59,030 nt of DNA from a virus (lineage: Duplodnaviria > Caudoviricetes). The stretch spans positions 1 to 59,030 of the IMG/VR virus record IMGVR_UViG_3300030406_002145; one strand, 5' to 3'. The notes below the pieces were generated by a model. That model saw only the letters and a program-made list of their open reading frames with translations. It was not told the DNA's origin and searched no databases. Shown here piece after piece: positions 10,601-19,114 of this stretch. The first letter of the stretch is position 1. The number at the start of each line of letters is the position of its first letter. The position numbers and the translations under genes were made by a program.

Positions 10601-13600
10601 GCCTCTGTTCTTGTGTACAGACCACGAGGCAAGTGTCTACGCATATAATTTTTTAGGTCACGCTTTACTTGCTGTAAATTTCTTTCACCTTTACTCATAG
10701 ATGCGGCAATCATTTTTATGTTACGCAATCTGTTTGCCATTTTAACTGTAGGTTTTCCTTCTAACAACACTTGAACATCTGCTAACATTTCAGCCTGTTG
10801 TTGAGAGTTTTGATTCTTGAACTCAGGCTGTGATTCCATATACTTTATAACTTCATCTGTGATGACAGAGTCAGGCTGTGGGTTGGTTTGTCGTGCGTTC
10901 TTCTTTGTAAGCTTTGTTTGAAATGTTTTTATTTTTTTAATTAGTTTCTTTGCAGCATTGACACCACCTGTCATATTACCAAAACTTGCAGGTACGCTAG
11001 AAGCAAGAGCTTTGTTAACTTCTCTTGCTGAAAATCTTTTTGTTACATTAACTAAAAAGTCTTTTATTCTTGCATCGGTAAAGCCTGCATCTCTAGCCTT
11101 ATCTATATATTCATCTAGTGATAAAAACTTTTTATCTTTAGGTTTTTTCTGCTGTCTTGGTTTAGGTGTCTTCTTATCAGTGTCTTCATCCACACCAAGT
11201 TTTTCTTGTACAAATTTTTTGAACTCATCAGACTCTAGTGTTCTTTGCTCCATAAGTCTTTCCATTGAGCTTCTATATTTTTTCATTCGTCTTTGCTGAC
11301 GAGGCTTTACATTTATCTTTGCACCGGTTGGTTGTGTTTTCTTAACACGAGTTATATACTGTCCACCCATTGCTGACTTAGCGGCAGCAGCCCTTTCTCT
11401 TTTACCCAATGGAGTTTGATTCATAGTTTTACTTTTAGGCTTTGCATCTGCGTAAACCTTTCTTACATCAACCGCTGTATCGAATACCATTATAGGCTTG
11501 CCTTCTATCACAAATGGATAGGAAGGATGAAAGTTAGGGTCACCTTCTCTTAATTCTGAAATGTCAGAGTTTTTATCAAACTGAATAGCTGAAACTATAT
11601 CTCCATATTGAGTGTCTACCAATGCCGGGTCATTAACATAATCTAAAACTCCTGTGTTAAAACTTTTATTAGGAACTAGTGGAGGTATACCAAACTTTTC
11701 TGCCGATTCACCCGTAAAAAATTTATCTGCAAAATTTGCTCTTTCTGCATATGAGAACTTATTTTTTCCTTCAAAAGGCATTAAAGTATTTAGTTGTTCT
11801 AAATTTTCTATCTGTAAAGGAGCACCTTTCTTTTTTAATGATGCTGCTACTGTAGGTGTTTGTAGTTTTTTATTAACATAATTTAATAAATCCTTAGGTG
11901 GCACTCCTTGATTTATAGAGTGAGCTATTTCAGCATTTAGATATTGCCAAAAGTTAAAGCTACCCGTGATTCCACCTGGACCTTGAACCATAACGAAACC
12001 AACCCCATCACTTTCTTTAGCTTTATTCAAAACCTTTTGAGCATTTAGTTTGTCAGTAAACGCCCATCCTTTACCACTACCATATGGATATAAAAATCCT
12101 CCACTAAAATTAAATTTTAATCCACTTGGACTTTGTATTTCACCATATACAGCTTTATCTGCTGCAAAAACAAACGCATTTGTTCCTTCTAAATCATTTA
12201 TACTACCCGTCTTAATATCATTCATGTTAATATTACGACGATTTAGTAATGTCTTTTGTTGTCTTTTTAAATTTATTTTGTTACCACCCTCAGTATCTAT
12301 ATTACTAGGTACTACACCCGACGCATTGTCTATTAAACTTCCATGTATTTCAGCGTCTAAATATGATAAATCTTCTACTGTTACCTGTTCACCTGTTGTA
12401 AACTTTCTTGAAAGAGTGTTTAACAAATCAATTGTAGCTTCTTCATCAGTAGTAAGTTGATTTATAAAATTCATTTCAAAGCCTAGCTTCACACCAATAT
12501 CTTTAATTAATTGTAGTACAGCATTTTTTTCAGGTTTAGAAAGTTTATCAAGGTTTTCTGCTAAAATCCCTGTAAGCTCAGCTAATTGTTCTTCATTACG
12601 AATATTTTCATTATCATACAGATTGACAAAATCATCAAGTTCTTTTTTTAATACACTGTCAGGAGCTATAACTTTATTTACGGCTTGAACCATTTTTTTT
12701 GTAACAGGAGCTATAACACTGTCATCTGCTAGTTTTTCTATTAGAACAGCGTGAAACAGTTCGTGAGGCACAGTTCTCATGTTTGCCCCTGATGCATCAA
12801 TATGAATTGTTTTGGTAGCAGGATTATATTCTGCTACACCATCCGATTTAATTGTTTTTCTATATTGTTCCGTGGTCTCATGCAGAACAACTTTTATGTC
12901 AGGTATAATCGATTTAGTAGCTGCTAGTCCTGTCTTAGCCATACTTAACAAACTATCGAATGCCACACTAGGTTTCTTTTGTTCTGCGGCAGGGTCAAGT
13001 TGAGACCTTTTGTTTATAACAATTGATTTATCCTCCACACTCAGATTTGAGTTTTCATCTACCTCTAAGCCAAAAAACTCAGATATTTCTTTCTGTTCTT
13101 CTGTTAATGGCTTATCAGTTTTTATTTCAGCATCTATTTTAACTTCTTGCTGTTCTGTTTTTGTGTCAGGTGTAGTTGGTTCAGCAGCAAGTGTTACCTT
13201 GGCTATCTCTTTATTTATTTCTTTTAATTTAGCTTTGCCTGCTTCTGTTTTGTTATTGGACAGCTTTCTTTTTTGCAATTCTAATTTAGTCAGCTCCTCT
13301 ATCTTTGACTCTTCAACACCCGCTTCCTTCAGCTCACCCCTAATCAAAGCCGACTGCATAGCATCGTCCTTTTTCTCTTGAGCTAAACTTAAAAGTGTGT
13401 CATCATTTTTTATGTTTATGGTTGCACCGGCTATCTCTTCGGGTGTGCCCTTTTCTATTAAGTCAATCATGGTTTTACCATCAACCCTTTCACCATTTAA
13501 TGTGTACTTAGGACTTTTATACAATCCTACACCTACCGACAACGGTGCTGTAGCTGTACCTGCTATACCCTCAAAACCTATCTCAGCTACATCCATTTCT

Positions 13601-14679
13601 TGACCTGCTACAAGTCTACCGCCCACCTCACCTAGTGAGCCACCAACCGCCTCTGTTCCTATACCGGCAACAGCTCCTCGTGTTTTGCTTAGTTTTTTAC
13701 CCTCTCTGAGAGCTTTGGTTGCTACCCCTTTGGTAACTTTACTAGCTATACCACCTGTAATAGCATCAATAGTCCCAATAGCAATACCCCTGCCGGCTGC
13801 TTTTCTTCTTATCCTGCCCAGGGCTTCTTCATCCTCTAAAACTTTTCGGATATTATCATCTGTGAGCTCTACTCCTTCACCTATTTCTTCTTGCAAGAAC
13901 TCTGCAAATGATAGTCCTGCTTCAAGGGTTAGCGTTGCACCACCCATAGCACCACCCATACCACCTACCAAAGTACCTATTGGTGTAGCTAGTGAGCCAA
14001 CTGCTGCTCCTGTTGCACCACCTGTTGCCGCACCACTCAAAACAGTTGGGTTTAGCATAGCTGAAACGGAAGAAACAAAAAGTTGAGGTACTACCGTTGG
14101 ATTTTTTAACACCCCCTTAGTAAATCCTAGCCAACCACCGCCATTATTTTGATAAATTTTATTGAAGCTTTTCATCTCGTCAGACTCACCGGCATTTCTC
14201 ATTACTTTCTGAGCCTCTATGAAATCAGCAACATCCTCTTCTGTTGCCTCATTACCTTTTAAGAATAGTTCTAAACCCTCGTCTACAGATGCACCTTGTG
14301 CCTGCCCTTGCCTGTAGGCTCTAACCATGTCACCCATAAGGTCGGTTACCATGTTTTTGCCAAACACTCTTTCTACAAGGGTATTTTCTTCAGTCGTTTG
14401 AGATTCTGTAAAATCCGAAGAACCAACCTCCAAGTCGGATACCATATCTTCCTGAACCATACCACTTTCTTGACTTGAGTCTTTTTTTTTTGACCACATG
14501 GAAGAAAAATCATCTAAAGTTATCTGGTCCGATATTAAACCATCTTGTTTAAATCCCTCATAAAAAGAATTTATTTGCTGCTCATTAATATTTGAAAAGT
14601 CATCAAAGCTTACATTTTCAGCAGACATGAGTCCATCACTAATAAGCATGTCATATACCTGTCTTAACCTTTCATCCAT
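7606..14679 (-). CDS. Giant internal virion/ejection (polyvalent-type) protein with zincin-like HExxH motif
   Basis: 2357 aa; Gly/Ala-rich hydrophobic segment, HELFH motif, helical C-terminus; at the end of the structural operon. Confidence 0.7.
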   Translation of the reverse strand: MDERLRQVYDMLISDGLMSAENVSFDDFSNINEQQINSFYEGFKQDGLISDQITLDDFSSMWSKKKDSSQESGMVQEDMVSDLEVGSSDFTESQTTEENTLVERVFGKNMVTDLMGDMVRAYRQGQAQGASVDEGLELFLKGNEATEEDVADFIEAQKVMRNAGESDEMKSFNKIYQNNGGGWLGFTKGVLKNPTVVPQLFVSSVSAMLNPTVLSGAATGGATGAAVGSLATPIGTLVGGMGGAMGGATLTLEAGLSFAEFLQEEIGEGVELTDDNIRKVLEDEEALGRIRRKAAGRGIAIGTIDAITGGIASKVTKGVATKALREGKKLSKTRGAVAGIGTEAVGGSLGEVGGRLVAGQEMDVAEIGFEGIAGTATAPLSVGVGLYKSPKYTLNGERVDGKTMIDLIEKGTPEEIAGATINIKNDDTLLSLAQEKKDDAMQSALIRGELKEAGVEESKIEELTKLELQKRKLSNNKTEAGKAKLKEINKEIAKVTLAAEPTTPDTKTEQQEVKIDAEIKTDKPLTEEQKEISEFFGLEVDENSNLSVEDKSIVINKRSQLDPAAEQKKPSVAFDSLLSMAKTGLAATKSIIPDIKVVLHETTEQYRKTIKSDGVAEYNPATKTIHIDASGANMRTVPHELFHAVLIEKLADDSVIAPVTKKMVQAVNKVIAPDSVLKKELDDFVNLYDNENIRNEEQLAELTGILAENLDKLSKPEKNAVLQLIKDIGVKLGFEMNFINQLTTDEEATIDLLNTLSRKFTTGEQVTVEDLSYLDAEIHGSLIDNASGVVPSNIDTEGGNKINLKRQQKTLLNRRNINMNDIKTGSINDLEGTNAFVFAADKAVYGEIQSPSGLKFNFSGGFLYPYGSGKGWAFTDKLNAQKVLNKAKESDGVGFVMVQGPGGITGSFNFWQYLNAEIAHSINQGVPPKDLLNYVNKKLQTPTVAASLKKKGAPLQIENLEQLNTLMPFEGKNKFSYAERANFADKFFTGESAEKFGIPPLVPNKSFNTGVLDYVNDPALVDTQYGDIVSAIQFDKNSDISELREGDPNFHPSYPFVIEGKPIMVFDTAVDVRKVYADAKPKSKTMNQTPLGKRERAAAAKSAMGGQYITRVKKTQPTGAKINVKPRQQRRMKKYRSSMERLMEQRTLESDEFKKFVQEKLGVDEDTDKKTPKPRQQKKPKDKKFLSLDEYIDKARDAGFTDARIKDFLVNVTKRFSAREVNKALASSVPASFGNMTGGVNAAKKLIKKIKTFQTKLTKKNARQTNPQPDSVITDEVIKYMESQPEFKNQNSQQQAEMLADVQVLLEGKPTVKMANRLRNIKMIAASMSKGERNLQQVKRDLKNYMRRHLPRGLYTRTEALRLVNKITKATQKNIDNVIDEVAELVVEKNVQILNNDIDTILSEKFTKTEGGIVKGVKVSNEVRKRINAIKKAIGFGKKLDADTLVSTKQKLLNDIDALSKEPTLSDTDVAKLVDLQIAINLIEAQLLENNNPSKAEILADASKNLNDIIEFGRTELAAEVKAAHELYKKDLAKAYKSITGKTVDPSSPDFRDKISSIQQILDNKAELKKRQGNALTRAMRRVGKKIQSFINRSEALDGLMDLISTVPGEMFGGELQTLVTQRIDDASIEYKGRRMKMEAMIKNKMKQIYGKDWAKKSRKHREKIYTDIYTSKVDQFKRAVEKDPSPENKQLYQEAVESQVQLLLSPNEMYYLVNQFKDPKNHPSFKAKFGPEFKRVINEMEALLKKDYPDLLEFSNWQVNEMYPMLYDHYNKVYKKIYRTDLPWNQNYAGRLYKEGTDIQPLDLLGENGEFIGGGSVTGKSTHTRTDNASPIQIIDGTDAMMTYLNDMEYFAAYAEPIKLVNKIFTNTDIKNAIKAIHGDDINKLINTIITRIANRGTNNPMQAKIINAMNNVFIVSRLALSPVIALKQLTSMFTYANDIGVGNWAKYSMKNLGEIKKTWKEITDNSVYMQDRKYSSILQTIESYTEEGMLSFVPGSHKQFYLDFLMFTTKFGDRSAIMLGGMPNYMYYKDQYRKANPNASEQEVIDNAIKKFERDTKRTQQSGDIQDKDYFQTADPIIRAMNMFLTTPKQYLRKEIQAVRNLYRKVKAQDPKAGKGTVMENIRTFFMYHFAMPVLFQYVAIGLPGILRPKKDGDEEDLLRAAALGNLNAFFLFGEVFSGVADAIQGKPWDFQPKSLGALETSSRIMKKWKQYDKAKTQLDKLREEKEFKKAVKQNEKVQKLLMEALAETTTLGPSPAPVLLKYWYNIGALDDPNIEPGEAIARVLNYSQYQLAEPEKPKKKKKIPLRDLKILDPEAYNEIQREKELMKRTPEYQEEQKRKAFERREYERQLRESR

Positions 14680-14685
14680 AACTGA

Positions 14686-17190
14686 TTATTTTTTTTTGGA
14701 CTTATTAAAGTTTTTTATAGCCTTTTTAACTAACCTATCATTAGCTCGGAACTCTCTTAGTAAAGCTTCAATCGCATTGTCTTGCTCCTCACCTTCACCT
14801 TCAGGGAACAAGCTAGTTCCCTCTAATAATCTTTTAAACTTTCTAAAACCTGGTTCACCTACTCGTGGGTCTCCGTAAGTTTGCAATTCAAGTGCTTGCC
14901 CTGGAGATGATTTAATAATAACACGAGGTTTTTCTTTATATAGAGTTAATATGTTACTAGGAATATTCAGCTCTTCAAAAGCGACATCTATACTTTCATA
15001 AGTTTTAGGTTGTTTTTTGTTGAGTTTTATATCCTTTTGACCTAACTGTCTTTTGACCGAATTGAATGTCTCTTTATATTCAGCAAATGCGTTTTTACCC
15101 TCGTCCGTTCTTATATCTAGACCTGTAATCTCTTCAAAATCAGTAGCACCATAAAGGTCTTTTCTTAAAGATGCATCTCGTATTTCGGTTCTAGGTTCAT
15201 AATATAGTTCAGGATATTGTTTAATTATATTTTGTGCTGCTGAACCAACATCTACAATACTGTCTGCTAGACTAGATATTTGTTCACTTTCATTAATTTC
15301 AACCTCTTCCTGATTTTCGTCAACACTTGGTGTACTTGCAGGTGAAGATGTTTTAATTAAGCTATCGTACTTTAACCCTTGTGGGGCATCACCACCTTCT
15401 GCTCCTGATGTCGTTGGTCGCTTAGTTGGAATAAGCTGATTGTGTTTATCAGCTATATCTTTGTATGCCGCTCTTATTTGAGTTTTTATATCACTTGGGT
15501 TTCTTTTTTTACTAAAAAACCCACTCTTCCAATCAAATGAAGACACCTCTTCATTACCCGCAGAAACAGTGACTTTGTCACCATTCATTTCAACCTTTAG
15601 ATTTACTAAGTCTTTATCAGCACCATTTTTATCGAGCATATCATTAAATAAATCTAATAAATATCCTGGTTGTTGGTTTTGAACCTGCGATTCAGCTCTA
15701 TCAATTCGTTCTTCAAAAGTTTCATCAAGGCTAGATTTGGCATCTAGTCCTATTGGATTTATACGAGTTCTTAATACAGTACCCTCATAAGTGCCTAGTC
15801 CTCCCTCAGGAACTTCTACTATTTGTTGATTAGTAAACACATTAGAGAATGAATCTTCTTTGCTTTGACTTGGCTGTAAGAACTCATATAATGTGGCTAC
15901 TCTCTGCTGTTGAGAAGCGTTCTCATCTACCGGTACAAACTTATCAGTTAAACCATCTCTTGATTTAAATGTTATAGTATATCCCTCGGCACTTGTAGAG
16001 ATTTTTTGAATAGGTGCTCTAAATGATTTGTCAGTCTCTACACTCTGATTATAGTTTTCTCTAAGAGCACTCTCAGCTAGATTTGCCTGGTCTCCTCCTG
16101 CTGTCAACATGTTGATATTTTTAATTATATCATCACCCGACATACCTTTGCCGCCACCTTTTTGATTATTTTTTTTCTTAGTTCCGGGGCTTTTATCTGA
16201 ACCAACCGCCATTTCAAACTGAGTATCCAAATAAGTTCTAGCAGCTTCTTTCTGAGAATCTTGAAAAGTGAAGTTCAAAATACCTGAATTGTTAGGCTCA
16301 AACTCTCCTAATATTAAAAGACCTGTTTTATCATTTTCAAACTCCTCTCTGTCTTTTGTAATTCTATACTCTTTACCAGGCATAATAAGATTGTCTTCAT
16401 CTCGTAGACCTGCTACATCATCTATCAATAAACTAGCAAGCTTAGAATCATTACTAGTAACTTCATCTATAGCACTGTTTTTAAATGCCTTATATTTATC
16501 TCTAATCCTGGGGTCACTAACTATTGTTCCATCTTTGTAAAAAGTTCTAAATGTCCCTATGGCGTTTACATTTTCTTCTAAAAATACATTTTTATCAAAT
16601 CGACTATACCTTTGACGCATTCCATTATTTAGGGTTTCAATAGAATTTGTTTTACTTGTATCTATACTACCGTCTTCATTTCTCTGAGCTAAAAAAAGTT
16701 TGCCCGACTCAGGGTCTTCATAAAAACCATGATTGTTAAAGTCAATCATATTACCATAGTTTTCCCACTCGTCTACATTTATTTGAGATAAAGTTCCATC
16801 TCTATAGCCATCCATTATCTCACCATACTGCTCTTGTAATTGTGTTCCTATATCCTGAACCCGTTTAGTATCATCCATCCTGTTCTGCCTTCTATTAGTC
16901 CAATCTTTTACAGACATATCGCCGTTTCTAAGCAACTTTGCATCTGCTAGGCTCTGTGTGGTCATTAACTCTGAAAGGCTCGCTAATCCATCATTAATGC
17001 CCTTATGCTGCCCCTGAGGCATTTTTTGTATATCTTTTAAGTCTTGACGAATTTGTTTGTCAATAGCAGCTTTTTTATTTTCTCTTCGAGTAATTTCTTT
17101 ATTTATTATGTCAGAATAACTCTTACTTATAGCACCCCAATCAGTGCCTTTAGCTACATCTTCTTTTTTTATACCGTAATATGTTTTCAT
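14686..17190 (-). CDS. Putative internal virion (ejection) protein
   Basis: 834 aa; lies between the pilot-like gene and the giant protein. Confidence 0.55.
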   Translation of the reverse strand: MKTYYGIKKEDVAKGTDWGAISKSYSDIINKEITRRENKKAAIDKQIRQDLKDIQKMPQGQHKGINDGLASLSELMTTQSLADAKLLRNGDMSVKDWTNRRQNRMDDTKRVQDIGTQLQEQYGEIMDGYRDGTLSQINVDEWENYGNMIDFNNHGFYEDPESGKLFLAQRNEDGSIDTSKTNSIETLNNGMRQRYSRFDKNVFLEENVNAIGTFRTFYKDGTIVSDPRIRDKYKAFKNSAIDEVTSNDSKLASLLIDDVAGLRDEDNLIMPGKEYRITKDREEFENDKTGLLILGEFEPNNSGILNFTFQDSQKEAARTYLDTQFEMAVGSDKSPGTKKKNNQKGGGKGMSGDDIIKNINMLTAGGDQANLAESALRENYNQSVETDKSFRAPIQKISTSAEGYTITFKSRDGLTDKFVPVDENASQQQRVATLYEFLQPSQSKEDSFSNVFTNQQIVEVPEGGLGTYEGTVLRTRINPIGLDAKSSLDETFEERIDRAESQVQNQQPGYLLDLFNDMLDKNGADKDLVNLKVEMNGDKVTVSAGNEEVSSFDWKSGFFSKKRNPSDIKTQIRAAYKDIADKHNQLIPTKRPTTSGAEGGDAPQGLKYDSLIKTSSPASTPSVDENQEEVEINESEQISSLADSIVDVGSAAQNIIKQYPELYYEPRTEIRDASLRKDLYGATDFEEITGLDIRTDEGKNAFAEYKETFNSVKRQLGQKDIKLNKKQPKTYESIDVAFEELNIPSNILTLYKEKPRVIIKSSPGQALELQTYGDPRVGEPGFRKFKRLLEGTSLFPEGEGEEQDNAIEALLREFRANDRLVKKAIKNFNKSKKK

Positions 17191-17199
17191 ATTTTTTGT

Positions 17200-17880
17200 T
17201 TAGCTAAACTCTATGTCCATAAATTCCTCATCAATACTATCCTGAATATCAATATCATCCTGAATATTAATAACATCATCACCCGCCACATCACCTTCTG
17301 CTACACCTGCTTTTTTAAATAAATCTCCATACAGTGGAGCTGCCTCCATAAGTTGCTGACCCGCTCTACTAAATGCATCCATTTGACTCTTTTTGGCTTC
17401 TGCACTTTCTTCAAGTTTTGCTTGAGCAAATTGTTGTGCACCACTTGCTTCAGCTAAATCTAAGTTAGCTAAGTTATCTCTAAGCCTGCTGTCTTCTTCA
17501 GCCACCAACATATCAATTTTTTGCATTTGTGCACCCATTCTTTTCGCCACATCTGCTTGTGCTTTTTGCTGTGCCGCCAACACCCTGCCTGATGCTCCCA
17601 CAGTTCCTCTGACACCTGCCTCTTGAGCAGCCTCTAGTGCTGTCGCCCCTTGAGCTAAAAGGGCATCTCTTTCTCTTTCGAAAGGCTCTTTTATAACGCT
17701 TAAACTTTCATAAAAATTTATATCTTGTTTTTTTCTTGCTTCATCGATAGCATCTTTTGCGGCTTGCTGAGCATTCTTAGCATCTCTACGAGCAGCTTTA
17801 GCTCGCTGACCTTCTTTTATACCACCATAAACACTTATGCCGATACTAACTCCTGTTGCTATTGCTGTAAATCCTGCCAT
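17200..17880 (-). CDS. Putative internal virion/pilot protein
   Basis: Hydrophobic Gly/Ala N-terminus followed by an Ala/Gln-rich coiled coil. Confidence 0.6.
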   Translation of the reverse strand: MAGFTAIATGVSIGISVYGGIKEGQRAKAARRDAKNAQQAAKDAIDEARKKQDINFYESLSVIKEPFERERDALLAQGATALEAAQEAGVRGTVGASGRVLAAQQKAQADVAKRMGAQMQKIDMLVAEEDSRLRDNLANLDLAEASGAQQFAQAKLEESAEAKKSQMDAFSRAGQQLMEAAPLYGDLFKKAGVAEGDVAGDDVINIQDDIDIQDSIDEEFMDIEFS

Positions 17881-18290
17881 TATAATGCTTTTATCATTTC
17901 TTTATTATATGAATCGCCTGCTGTAAAACCCAACTCCTCGTATGTTTCGATTAATTTAGAATGTTTTAACAATGCATAACCAAACATATAACCTTTGTTT
18001 TTAGCTATTGCAGAAAGAGTAGATATTAACATCTTAATAGCCTCTTTTCTACTTTCTTTTTCTTTATAATCTTTGTTTGATATAATCCAATCTATCCAAG
18101 CTACACTTGAATTAGTTGTATATATAAATCCTGCACAAACAGGAATGTCATCATCATATACCATTACACCCCCTGTTCCCTCTTGAGGTAAAAACTCTTT
18201 GACGGGAGGTGTCCAATCCCAATCTTTCCACCATTTTGTTAACACATTATCATAATCATCAGTTGATAATGCTTTTACATTTAATTTCAT
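17880..18290 (-). CDS. GNAT-like acetyltransferase-fold protein (T7 gp13-like position)
   Basis: PVCAGF, AWIDW, YEELGF motifs; precedes the ejection genes; ATG 18290 preferred. Confidence 0.6.
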   Translation of the reverse strand: MKLNVKALSTDDYDNVLTKWWKDWDWTPPVKEFLPQEGTGGVMVYDDDIPVCAGFIYTTNSSVAWIDWIISNKDYKEKESRKEAIKMLISTLSAIAKNKGYMFGYALLKHSKLIETYEELGFTAGDSYNKEMIKAL

Positions 18291-18295
18291 TAGCA

Positions 18296-18303
18296 CAAAG
18301 ATA
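18296..18303 (-). promoter_or_regulatory. Bacteroidota -7 promoter element
   Basis: TATCTTTG on - strand 5 nt before ATG 18290. Confidence 0.6.
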
Positions 18304-18309
18304 CTAATT

Positions 18310-19104
18310 TTAAGGATAACTTTTCATTATATCACTTGTAACTGCAAATAACTCAGTGTTAGGATATCCTCCTGACGGTGGCAATTGAATGGTAAATTCT
18401 AAGAATTGACCTATCACACCGTGTGACTCTATGCTTGAGCTCTTAACAAAAAATGTAAATGTATTGTCAGCGGGAGCAGATAAACCCGCCACAGAATTAT
18501 CTACTGTTATCTCATTTGTTTCATGATTTATGGCTGTTATCTGCCCAATGTTGTTAGTAGTAGGTTGGTATAAAAAGTCTCCAACACTAATCATACTACT
18601 TAAATCAACACTAAAAGGAACAACACATGCGTTAGTACCTGCCAAAGATACCGTGCCACACTCTCCAATACCCTTTACAGACCTCAGTCCTAATTGTGAC
18701 TGTGGTATAGGTGCATTGTCAGCAGTAGAGTCATTTCTAATATAAGAATAATACACTCCTTCTTTTTCTTCAAAATCAGTTGATGTTATGTTAGCACCAA
18801 CTTGAAAGTTGCCTCTTGGAGTGTTACCCAAAATATTAATAACTTCCCATGCTGAGTCTGAATGGAGCTCTAATGTTTTGAAAAGTTTTGCTTCTAATGG
18901 AGATTTGTTAAACACTGAAGAAATATTCACCAATCCCTTCTTGCCATAATAGTTAGCTCGTGGTCCGGTGTTGTGTCTATACAAATCACCACCACTAAAA
19001 CTATAAAAATAATTATTCATCCCAATCATTCTATCAGGACCAAAGCTATAGAAAGATGGAAATCCTTCTGAAGCTGCACTAAAACTAAGAGTATAAAAAT
19101 TCAT
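18310..19104 (-). CDS. Tail nozzle/stabilisation protein, C-terminal-like subunit
   Basis: TLSFS...GFPSFYSF...MNNYFYSF...KLFKTLEL...EKEG motifs; start MNFYTL. Confidence 0.6.
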   Translation of the reverse strand: MNFYTLSFSAASEGFPSFYSFGPDRMIGMNNYFYSFSGGDLYRHNTGPRANYYGKKGLVNISSVFNKSPLEAKLFKTLELHSDSAWEVINILGNTPRGNFQVGANITSTDFEEKEGVYYSYIRNDSTADNAPIPQSQLGLRSVKGIGECGTVSLAGTNACVVPFSVDLSSMISVGDFLYQPTTNNIGQITAINHETNEITVDNSVAGLSAPADNTFTFFVKSSSIESHGVIGQFLEFTIQLPPSGGYPNTELFAVTSDIMKSYP

Positions 19105-19114
19105 ATCAATATTT

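Noticed and set aside
7606-14679. Virion RNA polymerase as in crAss-like phages
   Set aside because: No convincing DxDxD catalytic motif context found by eye
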